From: an uncultured Planctomycetales bacterium
GTDB taxonomy: Bacteria > Omnitrophota > Gorgyraeia > Zapsychrales > JANLHA01
Assembly (NCBI GenBank): GCA_964474085.1
Contig: CAYYRJ010000002.1
Location: 70,110 to 134,109 of the forward strand
Direction: 5' to 3'
DNA: 64,000 nucleotides
The notes under the pieces are model-generated. The model was not told where the DNA came from. It made no database searches and worked only from the letters and a program-made list of their open reading frames with translations. Shown piece by piece: positions 10,992-20,294 of the stretch; the stretch's first letter is position 1, and each line of letters begins with the position of its first letter. Both the position numbers and the translations under genes were made by a program.

Positions 10992-12326
10992 TTATCGCAA
11001 AGTCCGGACGATGATAAATTTTTTATCTCCCGCCTCAAGATGAATCGTCCCTAAGTTTTTATCACCGGCCGAAATATCATAATCGCCGGGTTGAAGAATC
11101 AAGCGTCCGATGCGAATTTCAGAGGGCAACGTTTGCCAACTACGCAAATCCGCTTGTTCAGAAATCACATTATACAAACTTCCAACGATCCTAAAAATTC
11201 CGGCAACCCCTTCCCCATTTCGGCGTTCAATATTATTTTCCAAAACTCTCTCCCCTAAATATTTGCCCGCAAGCCGGACAATCGCTTTGGCAATCACGCG
11301 GACTTTGCGGTCCTCTAAATTCTTGACGGCAATCGCACAAATATCTTCGCCTAACTGGCTGGTGTTAGAATAGACAACACCACCGTCGAGCGTTGACGCA
11401 GTTATTGTCATAGGCGATGAATCTCTCAAGCGTTTTTCATATCGGGGAAAAGCAATCTGCGAAATATAGCCGTCGGGCAAAGGAATCGGGATCTGGACAG
11501 GAATTTTGACCGGCGAAAGACCTTGATACTCGATAAAATAAATCTCGCCCTTTTTGTTTTTTTCATTCCAGGAAACATACGATACGTCTGAAAAAATATT
11601 GCGGTATTCGTTTAAATCCAAATCGCCAAATTTTTCGACGGCGGCCAGCAAATTTTCTTTAAGAATCCCCGGGACCGGAGTTTGATACTGCTTACGATAA
11701 TCCTGTTCATAGGCTTGCAAACTCAATTTATACGAAATGACAGCGTCATTGAGTTTCCCGGCAGATTCATAGAGAACGCCCATCAGAAGCCTGGCAAAAG
11801 CATCCTGACGATAAACATTTTTTTTATCGACGGGATATTGATCATTGATCGCATTTAACATCGAGTCGACATCACGGGCTTCGACTAAGGCCTCATCTAT
11901 TTTTCCTAAGGCAGCAAAATTAAGCGCCTGAAAAACATTGACCATAACACGTTCAAAATCCTCACCGCGGTACGGCAGAGCATAATCATTCCACAGCCAA
12001 CTGGCCGCATTTTTAGAAATAGACTGCGTGTAAAGCTCATCGTACTTGAGCTTTGCCTGTTCAAAAACGTCAATGCTCTCTTGATAGCGGCCGGCCAAGT
12101 GCAGAACAAGCCCTTTGTCAAACAGGAACAACAACTGATTATTCGTGCCGTATTTGGATGGGTCGTCGAGAATTTGAAGAGCTTGAGGATAGCGACCAGC
12201 AACTGCTAGGCTGTTGACCTGCGGCGAAATCGCATTGACACCCGCACAAGAGCTAAATGTGCACGCAAGCAAAAAGATGCCAAAACAGCTACGGCAAAAA
12301 GATACAAACCCCATGGTGTTTTTCAC
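10992..12326 (-). CDS. TPR-like repeat lipoprotein (COG3014-like), likely partner of the adjacent LpoB-like gene
   Basis: Signal peptide plus lipobox (LLACTFSSCAG), then a helical repeat region. Immediately downstream of the LpoB-like gene. Confidence 0.45.
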   Translation of the reverse strand: MKNTMGFVSFCRSCFGIFLLACTFSSCAGVNAISPQVNSLAVAGRYPQALQILDDPSKYGTNNQLLFLFDKGLVLHLAGRYQESIDVFEQAKLKYDELYTQSISKNAASWLWNDYALPYRGEDFERVMVNVFQALNFAALGKIDEALVEARDVDSMLNAINDQYPVDKKNVYRQDAFARLLMGVLYESAGKLNDAVISYKLSLQAYEQDYRKQYQTPVPGILKENLLAAVEKFGDLDLNEYRNIFSDVSYVSWNEKNKKGEIYFIEYQGLSPVKIPVQIPIPLPDGYISQIAFPRYEKRLRDSSPMTITASTLDGGVVYSNTSQLGEDICAIAVKNLEDRKVRVIAKAIVRLAGKYLGERVLENNIERRNGEGVAGIFRIVGSLYNVISEQADLRSWQTLPSEIRIGRLILQPGDYDISAGDKNLGTIHLEAGDKKFIIVRTLR

Positions 12327-12332
12327 GATGGC

Positions 12333-12944
12333 TTATAAAGAATATTTGCTTTTCTCAACGACTTTTTTTAGTTCATGCTGACCCAGCCAAACCTTTTCGT
12401 TACTCTCAAGGTCGACAAGTTCAAGGTTGACCTGATACATGATCACATAGCGACCTTTAGTCTCATCTTTGATCGAATTGATGCTGCCAATCAAAATAAA
12501 ATCAGCGCCTGTCTCGCGGCCTTTGCGTTTCATCGTTTCCGGCGAGGTCTCCCCTTGCTGCTGATCATCGCGCTCATCGCGGACATCGACACGCTCAGTC
12601 TTGGAGGCGACAAATTTGACTTTTCCGGAATTGATGAAACTGCGCTCAAGGGATTTGGTAAAAATTTCGCTGTTGATATGCTCAGTACTTTGATTTTTGA
12701 TCTGACCAACAATGACAACCGGCGGGCGATTCTTTTGTCCTAAAAACATCGGCTGCCAGCCTTGCGAGGTACAATCTTTAATCATCGCATCGGCGACCAT
12801 TTGGCTGTCAGTGTCATTCCAACGGCCGCTAAAATCCACTTGCTTCTGGACAGGCACCCGCTTAACATTCGACGACGCGCATCCGCCGGATAACAATGCA
12901 AAACTTGCAAGTCCCGCAAAAAGTATTCCCTGATAAAATTTCAT
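12333..12944 (-). CDS. LpoB-like lipoprotein (penicillin-binding protein activator LpoB / COG3417 family)
   Basis: Lipobox (LLSGGCASS). The C-terminal domain has VVIVGQIKNQSTEHINSEIFTKSLERSFINSGKVKFV and GADFILIGSI motifs that are characteristic of LpoB/CsgG-like lipoproteins. Confidence 0.5.
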   Translation of the reverse strand: MKFYQGILFAGLASFALLSGGCASSNVKRVPVQKQVDFSGRWNDTDSQMVADAMIKDCTSQGWQPMFLGQKNRPPVVIVGQIKNQSTEHINSEIFTKSLERSFINSGKVKFVASKTERVDVRDERDDQQQGETSPETMKRKGRETGADFILIGSINSIKDETKGRYVIMYQVNLELVDLESNEKVWLGQHELKKVVEKSKYSL

Positions 12945-12983
12945 ATTCCCTCCTCTGGTTAAGTAATATCGATGTTTTAAATC

Positions 12984-13886
12984 TCACTGTCCTAAAGGCT
13001 CTGAAGGCGGCTGGGGAAAGTGTCCTTCCAAGGCTTGTTCAATAATATCTTTGACCTCGTCGCTAAAATCCTGTTTGAGAATCCACTCCAAATACGGCCG
13101 ATCTGTTTTAGCGATCTCCTGCAAACTTGTTTTGCGCGCGTATTTGCCAAACATCATATACAATTCGCCATTCCACCAGCGCAACTTGCGATCAACGTCA
13201 TAAAATTCAGTTTGTTTGCGATAATTAAAATCTTTGAGCGCTTCAATGGTTTCGTTGCCAGCCCCGTATTTTTGGACTTGCGCACAGAGGACATCCAGCG
13301 TCGCTTGCGTATCCGCTAAAGCTGAATGCGCATCTTTTAATTCTTTGTGGCAATAAAACGCGTATGCCGCCGACAAATCGCGGCGTTCATGCAGATGATA
13401 CACTTTCTGGGCATCATAAATACTGCGCTTGGCCCAATCAAACTTTATGCCGCATTCATTAAATTCGCGCTCCAAAAGCGGCAAGTCAAAACGCTCGACA
13501 TTAAAACCGCCCAAATCCGCATCTTCCAAAAAACGAAAGACCTGTGGGGCAATATCGCGAAACCGCGGCGCATCTTTGACATCCACGTCCTTAATACCGG
13601 TCACTTGCGTCACCTGCGAGGGAATCGGCATCCCGGGATTAACATACGATTCATACGTCGTTCGTGTCCCGTCGGGAAAACAGCGGATCATCGCAATTTC
13701 AATAATCCGGTCTTTTTCGATCCACACTCCGGTTGTCTCCAAATCTAAAATCACAAGCGAGTTCACAAGCTTCATCGCATACTCCACATCTTTTTTATCT
13801 TCCGGCCTTCCATTAAAATCGAGGCTCAACTGCTTTTCCATAATGTTTGCCATTGCCTTCACAAAACAGGATTTAAAAATCGGCAT
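12984..13886 (-). CDS. DnaQ-like 3'-5' exonuclease (DEDDh family)
   Basis: Has the LVILDLETTG Exo I motif and HSALADTQA Exo III motif. Confidence 0.75.
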   Translation of the reverse strand: MPIFKSCFVKAMANIMEKQLSLDFNGRPEDKKDVEYAMKLVNSLVILDLETTGVWIEKDRIIEIAMIRCFPDGTRTTYESYVNPGMPIPSQVTQVTGIKDVDVKDAPRFRDIAPQVFRFLEDADLGGFNVERFDLPLLEREFNECGIKFDWAKRSIYDAQKVYHLHERRDLSAAYAFYCHKELKDAHSALADTQATLDVLCAQVQKYGAGNETIEALKDFNYRKQTEFYDVDRKLRWWNGELYMMFGKYARKTSLQEIAKTDRPYLEWILKQDFSDEVKDIIEQALEGHFPQPPSEPLGQ

Positions 13887-13921
13887 TGATTATACACGAA
13901 AAGATTCCCGAGCTGATAATA

Positions 13922-13940
13922 AATTTATGCCTAATAAATT
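13922..13940. promoter_or_regulatory. perfect 7-5-7 palindrome AATTTAT-gccta-ATAAATT in the divergent promoter upstream of the Rrf2 gene; candidate Rrf2 operator
   Basis: Read directly from the sequence. It lies about 50 nt upstream of the Rrf2 start. Confidence 0.4.
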
Positions 13941-13987
13941 AAAAAACCGCTTGTCACTTTTTTATTTATGGATAAAATAGTCCACAA

Positions 13988-14446
13988 TTGGAGACAAATA
14001 TGTTTAAATTATATTCTCAAAAATGCGCTTATGTCCTTCAGGCTTTATCGTCGATTCCCTTGAAGAAAGCCAACGAAACGTTTACCGCGACATCGCTTTG
14101 CCAGCAGGCAGACGTTCCCGAGTCTATTACCCGAAAAGCCCTGCAAACTCTGTCGCAAGCCGGGTACCTGGAAACCGTCACAGGCCCGACGGGTGGATAC
14201 AAATTTAAAAAAGCGCCAAAAAATATTACGGTCCTCGAAATTATTTCGGTCATTGAAGGAAAAGATTCCTACGACCAATGCATCATGGGTTTGGCCCAAT
14301 GCCATGAACAAAACCCCTGCCCTATGCACACGATGTGGATGCAAATGAAAGGATGCATGTTTAAGACCTTAGAGGGCATGACCCTTGAGCATTTACTTAA
14401 AATCAAAAAAATCCAATTAAAGAAGAAAGGAGTTGTTCATGGTTGA
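13988..14446 (+). CDS. Rrf2-family transcriptional regulator with a three-Cys cluster-binding motif (NsrR/IscR-like)
   Basis: N-terminal Rrf2 wHTH (YVLQALSSIP...TATSLCQQADVPESITRKALQTLSQAGYLETVTGPTGGYKF) and a C-terminal CHEQNPCPMHTMWMQMKGC region. Confidence 0.8.
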   Translation: METNMFKLYSQKCAYVLQALSSIPLKKANETFTATSLCQQADVPESITRKALQTLSQAGYLETVTGPTGGYKFKKAPKNITVLEIISVIEGKDSYDQCIMGLAQCHEQNPCPMHTMWMQMKGCMFKTLEGMTLEHLLKIKKIQLKKKGVVHG

Positions 14447-14987
14447 TACCAATGTTGTACTTACCGGACAGACATTTCTCTATACATTTTACGTTGTGGT
14501 TGTTCTCTTTATTATGGGGTGGTTTAGCTATGCCGTCACCCATGATCAAAAAACAACAGCTGTCCCTGCTGCCTTTTTTTACTCTTTTGCCGCATTTTTA
14601 GTCATCTTAGGCGTCAGCCTTCATATTGTGACGTATCACACAATTCCATGGAAAGAGATGGACCTAAACCGCGCCAAAATCAAGGCCGACAAAATTTTTA
14701 AAATCACGGTCGCAAACCACAAATTTAACCTCCCTTCTGAAAAACTTCTGGCCAAAACCAATGAAAAAGTCCTTTTTGAAGTTACTTCCGCGGATTTGAC
14801 CTATGGATTTGGCCTGTTTCGCGAAGACAACTCTATGGTTTTTCAAATGCAGGTGATGCCCGGGCACATGAACGATATCCTCTGGCAGTTTAGCAAGCCG
14901 GGTGTTTTTTCGATACGCTCGACGGAGTATTCCGGGCCTTCTGGGATTGGCATGATCGAAAAAAATGTCGTTGTCGTAACGGACTAA
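14433..14987 (+). CDS. heme-copper-oxidase subunit-II-like protein (two TM helices plus cupredoxin-like domain, no CuA or heme-c motifs)
   Basis: Two N-terminal TM helices, then a beta-rich periplasmic domain. It has no Cys pair (no CuA H..C.E.C..H.M) and no CXXCH. It overlaps and precedes the subunit-I-like gene. Confidence 0.55.
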   Translation: MFMVDTNVVLTGQTFLYTFYVVVVLFIMGWFSYAVTHDQKTTAVPAAFFYSFAAFLVILGVSLHIVTYHTIPWKEMDLNRAKIKADKIFKITVANHKFNLPSEKLLAKTNEKVLFEVTSADLTYGFGLFREDNSMVFQMQVMPGHMNDILWQFSKPGVFSIRSTEYSGPSGIGMIEKNVVVVTD

Positions 14988-15008
14988 CATAAATTCTTAA
15001 CTTACCCA

Positions 15009-16646
15009 ATGGGAGCGTCTATGAACAATTTTCTAAAAACTCTACTCTCAGGAAACGAAAGTTTGTTTAAACCCGACAGCTTAACGCCAATGCAAAAAAT
15101 GACTTTGCGTTTTGTCGTTATCGGCTTGGTCTATTACGCTTTTGCGGTCATCGAAGGGATGCTCATGCGCATCTATCAAATCACGCCGATCTCAATTATC
15201 CCGCCGGGACAATATTTTGCAATTTTGACCGCGCATCCTTTAGTAGGAATTTTTGGCTCGACGTATTCAATAGTCTTTGGCGCTTTTCTTTTTTTAGTGC
15301 CGCTTTTGATGAATAAGCCGCTGTGGAGCATCAAATTGGGCAACTGGACTTGTGCTCTTCTTGCGATCGGAACCTTTACATTTTGGTCGGCCGGCTTTCT
15401 TACCCATTATGCGCCGCTATATACCTTATATTGGCCACTGCCGGCTGACTTTACCCAATTTAGTGTCGTCGGCGGAATTTTCTTTGTTACCGGGATTGCT
15501 TTGGTCATGGCAGGAACCGTGTGTTTTGTCGTCAATATTTTCAAAACGATCACCTACACGCCGCAAGGCATGGAAAAACAACCGGCGAAAGAGTTGCTCG
15601 CCTCTGCGCTAGGGTTAACCGGACTTATCAATCTTTTTTCAAAAAATAAAAAAGAACATTTGGTCTCTCTCCCCGTTGCGGCTATCGCACGCGGGACAAT
15701 TGACACAGCTCTTAATTCGATTGTCATCCTCTTTGCCGGCGTCTTAATCCTTGTTTATATGTTTGCTGAACTTTTTGGCCACAGCCTAAAACATTCGGCC
15801 GTTGACGCGCTTTTATATAAAAATTTCTTCTGGTGGGGACTTGATTTAGTCGCCGACGGATTGGTCTTAATTTACGTCGCTGGAACATGGTATCTTTTGG
15901 CGATGCTCATCACTGGAAAAAATTTATTTATGCAAAATATCGCCCGCGCGGCTTTATTTGTCGAAATGGTCGTCTCGTGGACTGTTTGGTCGCATCATTT
16001 GATGTCAGACCAAGCACAACCGGGAATTCTCAAAGTTGTTTCCGGCGAGATGGTCACCGCTTTCGAGCTGATTACCCAAGGGCTGGCTTTCTTTATTACC
16101 TTAGCGACTCTTTGGAGCGCAAGACCTTTAAAAATGACCAATCCGCTCAAATTTCTTTTAGGCGGACTTTTGGGCTTTGCGCTGGCGGTCCCGGCTGGAA
16201 TTATTCAAGCGGACTTGGGGCTAAATCGTATCCTTCATAATACTCAGTGGATTGTCGGCCCGCATGTTCACGTCGCTGTTTTGGTCGGATTGACGATGAC
16301 ACTCTACGCGGCGATTTATTATCTGCTGCCAATTTTGACAAATGGCGCAAAACTCTACAGCCAAAAACTGGCCAATTTTCATTTTTGGGCGCATTTGCTC
16401 GGCGGAATCGGGATGGGCGCGTTTATGGGAATGGCCGGCTTGCGAGGAATGCTGCGACGGACAATTTATTTTCAAAATGAGTACCAGCCTTTTATGATCT
16501 TAGCCGGCTTGTCAGGAACATTGCTACTGTTGGCGTTCTTGGCCTTCTTTTATAATATCGTGATGACCGTCGGAGTTAAAGGCGTTATTGGGATCTTTAT
16601 GCCGTCAAAATTAAAGACAAAAGATCTTCTGCCGGCAAAATCGTAA
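15009..16646 (+). CDS. heme-copper oxidase superfamily catalytic subunit I homolog (candidate nitric-oxide reductase)
   Basis: 545 aa and polytopic. All six canonical His ligands are identifiable: helix II LTAHPLVGIFG...FLFLVP (compare HG..M.FF..P), helix VI LFGHSLKH, helix VII WSHHLMSD and helix X GPHVHVAV. The Tyr of the A-type HPEVY motif is missing. Confidence 0.7.
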   Translation: MGASMNNFLKTLLSGNESLFKPDSLTPMQKMTLRFVVIGLVYYAFAVIEGMLMRIYQITPISIIPPGQYFAILTAHPLVGIFGSTYSIVFGAFLFLVPLLMNKPLWSIKLGNWTCALLAIGTFTFWSAGFLTHYAPLYTLYWPLPADFTQFSVVGGIFFVTGIALVMAGTVCFVVNIFKTITYTPQGMEKQPAKELLASALGLTGLINLFSKNKKEHLVSLPVAAIARGTIDTALNSIVILFAGVLILVYMFAELFGHSLKHSAVDALLYKNFFWWGLDLVADGLVLIYVAGTWYLLAMLITGKNLFMQNIARAALFVEMVVSWTVWSHHLMSDQAQPGILKVVSGEMVTAFELITQGLAFFITLATLWSARPLKMTNPLKFLLGGLLGFALAVPAGIIQADLGLNRILHNTQWIVGPHVHVAVLVGLTMTLYAAIYYLLPILTNGAKLYSQKLANFHFWAHLLGGIGMGAFMGMAGLRGMLRRTIYFQNEYQPFMILAGLSGTLLLLAFLAFFYNIVMTVGVKGVIGIFMPSKLKTKDLLPAKS

Positions 16647-16652
16647 AATCGT

Positions 16653-18704
16653 TTACTCTTTAAGTTTTAAACGGTAAACAGAACCAGCATACCGCAGAGC
16701 GTACAAATATTTCCCGTCGGGGCTAAAGGCCATCGCGGCCATCCCAGCCCCGTCGGGAAGATCCGCATTTATCTCTTTAAAATTTTCGCCGGCGTCAGCA
16801 CTTAAATAAATCTTTCCCGCTGCTCCCGCGCCCCACAGAACGCTAGCGACAGCGATTGTTTTTTCGTCCGTCGGGTCAAACGCTAAAGCATCTGCAGCAC
16901 CAGCGGCAACTAAATTCTTTAATTTTTTCCACGTTTCTCCGTGATTAAACGAAACAAAAACAGCCGCGCCCCCCATATCCCCAGCGGCATAAACAACACC
17001 ACTAGGCGTTACCATAAGATCAAAAACCCAAGTCATTTCTTTAAGCGTCAATCGCCATGTTTTGCCACCGTCGGACGAAACATAAACGCCACCACCTTTG
17101 CCGCAAGCGCCCCAAAAAATCCGATGCGAATCGGTCGGGTCAACCGCCAAAGCATTATAAATCCGCAAACTTCCCGGCTGGCCAACCGAACGCGCCCAAT
17201 TGTATCCACCGTCCTGCGAAACAAAAAGTCCGCCGCCATCGTCCCCGTCGACACCTAAATAAATTTTATTGGAATCCTTAGGATCAAACGTCAAGCCCCT
17301 TGGATAACCCTGTCCCCACATCGTGTTTTGCGTTGGACGATTTTGGGGCAAGCCTTGCCTGACAATTTTAAAATTAACTCCGGCATCCTCACTGACAATG
17401 ATTTGATTAACAGCCTGATTCCACGGGGATGAAGTCGCAACGATTCTGTTTTCGGCTGGAACAATCACCCGCCAAACATGACCAGCTTTAGCGGCATCAT
17501 ATCCAATCGACGGAAAAAGCGGCTGATAACTTTTGCCGCCATCGGGACTTTTTAAAAGGCCATTGTCCATCGTTGCGACGAACAACGAATCTTTTGTCAC
17601 GCTGATATCCGAACCAACCGAATTGGGCGCGCCGCGGATTTTTTCATTCCACGTTTTTCCCCCGTCGTCACTACGAAAAACGCCCCACCAATCGCTGCGA
17701 AAAATCACCTGACTATCAAAAGGATCAGATTTAAGTGACGTGATCTTACCGTTTAAATTAGCCCACGCACGGGTTGGATTCGCTTGGCGATCCGGCGTTA
17801 TTTTTTCAACCAGATTTTGCCAAGTCCCACCTTCATCTTCCGAAACAAGAATTTTTCCGTTCCAATCCTGGTTAACGGCCGCAAAAATCTTTTTTCCAGC
17901 AAACGCTAAACGAAATATTTTGCCATCATGTTTTCCTGCGGACTTTTGCCATGACACTCCCGCATTATCAGAAATCCATAGCTCTCCACCGGCTGCCGCA
18001 TAAAAACGGCGTGGGTTATTTGGAGAAACCCAAAAATCCGTCAAATCTTTTAACAAAATATCGACCGATGACCATTTTTGTGCCAAAAAATCATAACTTT
18101 GCAAGCCGGAAGAACCTCCGGCAAATAGCCGATTCTCATCTTCTGCCCAAAAAATGACCGTTAACTTCTGCGCTTGACCAAGCGCCAATGCTTGCCAATG
18201 ATTAGCGCCATCCGAAGAACAAAAAACTTGACCCGCCGCTGTTGCGATACAAACCTTTAAAGGATCTTTGGAAGAAACAGCAATCGGCCGGTAACTTTGC
18301 GGACGTTCAAATTTGATTTGCTTATTCAAATGATTAGCCGCTGACCACGACTGTCCGGCATCGAGAGAGACATAAATTCCCCCCGCTGTCGCAGCGTAAA
18401 GCATATTCGAATCTGATGGAGCAATCGCCAGAGCCGCAACGTTGAGATTTTTCAAACCCCTCGTGACAAAACGCCAATTTTCGCCCTGATCATCACTGCG
18501 CCAAATTCCGGCGACATCAGAGGTCAAATAGACACGGCCTTTGACACTTGGATCAGGCTCTATATTAGGGAAGCACCCCCCCGCTTGCCAACCGACAAAC
18601 TCCCATGACGCAGTTTGCGCGTTGGCAGCAGTAAAGAAAAATCCGGCAAAAAACGAAAAGGAAAGAAAAAAAATCCGCAGCACAAAAAATTTCATAATTG
18701 GCAT
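16653..18704 (-). CDS. secreted BNR/Asp-box repeat protein (Ycf48/sortilin-like beta-propeller)
   Basis: At least 12 S-x-D-x-G-x-(T/S)-(W/F) motifs (SDDQGENW, SLDAGQSW, SSDGANHW, SDNAGVSW, SEDEGGTW, SDDGGKTW, SQDGGYNW, SSDGGKTW...). Signal peptide begins at MPIMKFFVLRIFF. Confidence 0.75.
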   Translation of the reverse strand: MPIMKFFVLRIFFLSFSFFAGFFFTAANAQTASWEFVGWQAGGCFPNIEPDPSVKGRVYLTSDVAGIWRSDDQGENWRFVTRGLKNLNVAALAIAPSDSNMLYAATAGGIYVSLDAGQSWSAANHLNKQIKFERPQSYRPIAVSSKDPLKVCIATAAGQVFCSSDGANHWQALALGQAQKLTVIFWAEDENRLFAGGSSGLQSYDFLAQKWSSVDILLKDLTDFWVSPNNPRRFYAAAGGELWISDNAGVSWQKSAGKHDGKIFRLAFAGKKIFAAVNQDWNGKILVSEDEGGTWQNLVEKITPDRQANPTRAWANLNGKITSLKSDPFDSQVIFRSDWWGVFRSDDGGKTWNEKIRGAPNSVGSDISVTKDSLFVATMDNGLLKSPDGGKSYQPLFPSIGYDAAKAGHVWRVIVPAENRIVATSSPWNQAVNQIIVSEDAGVNFKIVRQGLPQNRPTQNTMWGQGYPRGLTFDPKDSNKIYLGVDGDDGGGLFVSQDGGYNWARSVGQPGSLRIYNALAVDPTDSHRIFWGACGKGGGVYVSSDGGKTWRLTLKEMTWVFDLMVTPSGVVYAAGDMGGAAVFVSFNHGETWKKLKNLVAAGAADALAFDPTDEKTIAVASVLWGAGAAGKIYLSADAGENFKEINADLPDGAGMAAMAFSPDGKYLYALRYAGSVYRLKLKE

Positions 18705-18852
18705 TTTAACACAAAATATTTTCGAGACTAAAATTGAAACGGATATTATCACCAATCAAAAATATTTCATTGACTTTTAGCCGCTTAACTTTATATTGAC
18801 GTTACATTGTCCAAAGATTTGGATATTCAACAAAATGTTTACGGAGAAACTT

Positions 18853-19425
18853 ATGAAAAGAATCCTTCTCCTGGCCTTTGGCGCTGTATTAATTCTTGGT
18901 TCCAAAGCCAGCGCACTCGACGATAGAACCGCCTACATGGTTCGCGAAAACAACAGTTCCACCTTAAGTTTGGATGAAAACCAGAATTATAGCTATAATT
19001 CTGGCGAAACGCCTTGGGTTTACGTTAAATTCAGTTTTCCGCATATTTCTCAAACAAGACCGCTCTACCTAAAGTGGACTTGGACTTCTCTTGATAATTC
19101 TATAAGCATTGAAACTCCAAAAGAAAAAATACCAATGACCGGCTCTGATTTTCAAATCGGCAAAGGCGTCTGGAACTCGCCGCCAGAATCCTGGTGGAAC
19201 GATAACGGTGGCCCCGGGCAATGGCATGTCGATTTGACGTGGTTTAATGATCCGACCCCCAATATTGTAACCTCAGCGGATTTTACAGTTTGCCGTCAAG
19301 GCGGAATTATCATGCGTCAGGCAAGTTGCGGACCGATCGTCACTCCCGAACCATTAAGTACGACACTTTTTTTGCTCGGCGGCGTGCCAATACTTGCCGG
19401 CCTAAGAAAAAAACGTGTCCGATAA
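18853..19425 (+). CDS. PEP-CTERM-anchored secreted protein (exosortase substrate)
   Basis: Signal peptide (MKRILLLAFGAVLILGSKASA). The C-terminus ...VTPEPLSTTLFLLGGVPILAGLRKKRVR has a PEP motif, a hydrophobic helix and a basic tail. Confidence 0.8.
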   Translation: MKRILLLAFGAVLILGSKASALDDRTAYMVRENNSSTLSLDENQNYSYNSGETPWVYVKFSFPHISQTRPLYLKWTWTSLDNSISIETPKEKIPMTGSDFQIGKGVWNSPPESWWNDNGGPGQWHVDLTWFNDPTPNIVTSADFTVCRQGGIIMRQASCGPIVTPEPLSTTLFLLGGVPILAGLRKKRVR

Positions 19426-19451
19426 AACCGCAATCCGATCATTTCACAAAT

Positions 19452-20294
19452 ATGCCCAGCGGAAAATACTTTAAATATCTTCCCGCGACTCTGCCGTGGA
19501 TACTCTTAGGCGTTCTTTACGCTCCGGTCTTCTACATTCTTTATAAAGAACGCTGGGAAATGATCGATTACGGCCATGCGCCTTTTATTTTGCCGATTGC
19601 CATTTTTATCGTCTGGCTTAAACGAAAATCATTACTGAGTGTCGCAAAAAATTCCCAATCCACATTTTATTTTCCCGGTTTTATTCTGATTCTCGCCGGC
19701 GCTTTTCTATTTGCGTTTGGCTGGCGCTGGGACTATCTTTTGATCCAAGTGCTTTCCATTTTTCCACTTTTGCTGGGAATGTTACTCTTTTTTTACGGGT
19801 CCCAAATGATACGGCAGCTCATTTTTCCGATTCTCTATCTTTTTCTTTTGGTCCCCCCTCCTCTAGGAATTTTAGACAGCATCACTTTGCCAATGCGGCA
19901 TTTAGCGTCCGCATCCGCAGGATTTATCCTTAAAACATTTCATTATCCCGTATCAAGATCCGGACTGCTTTTGTATTTGGGAGATCACGAAATATTTTTA
20001 GGCGCCCCTTGCAGCGGATTTCGGTCGCTGATTACCATGTTTTCGCTGGGACTGATTTATGTTTACTTTAACAAGGGAAAATTTTCCAAAAACCTGATCC
20101 TCGTGCTCTGCATTGTACCTTTAGCCTTATTCGGAAACATGCTCCGCGTCGTTGCGATCTGCCTGTTAACGTTTTATTTTGGTGAAAAAGTCGGCCAGGG
20201 ATTTTTGCATGAATTTAGCGGAGTTGTCGTCTTTTTGATCATGTTGGCCGGACTTATGGGGCTGGAACGACTTTTAAGAGAACCCAAAAAATGA
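19452..20294 (+). CDS. exosortase (EpsH/XrtA-like)
   Basis: Polytopic membrane protein of about 280 aa directly after the PEP-CTERM gene and before EpsI. The start is moved to the ATG at 19452 because the track ORF overlaps the upstream gene. Confidence 0.75.
   Translation: MPSGKYFKYLPATLPWILLGVLYAPVFYILYKERWEMIDYGHAPFILPIAIFIVWLKRKSLLSVAKNSQSTFYFPGFILILAGAFLFAFGWRWDYLLIQVLSIFPLLLGMLLFFYGSQMIRQLIFPILYLFLLVPPPLGILDSITLPMRHLASASAGFILKTFHYPVSRSGLLLYLGDHEIFLGAPCSGFRSLITMFSLGLIYVYFNKGKFSKNLILVLCIVPLALFGNMLRVVAICLLTFYFGEKVGQGFLHEFSGVVVFLIMLAGLMGLERLLREPKK

Noticed and set aside
12375-12933. Several plus-strand ORFs (122 aa, 73 aa) opposite the LpoB-like gene
   Set aside because: They are antisense to a lipoprotein gene with a clear lipobox and family motifs and have no support of their own.
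15352-16240. Alternative-frame ORFs (86 aa and 117 aa) inside the HCO subunit-I gene
   Set aside because: The main frame shows a continuous transmembrane pattern with the His ligands. The alternative frames are Arg/Pro-rich and spurious.
19290-19451. 5' extension of the exosortase ORF overlapping the PEP-CTERM gene
   Set aside because: It overlaps the upstream CDS in another frame and has no membrane-protein character. The internal ATG at 19452 is used.
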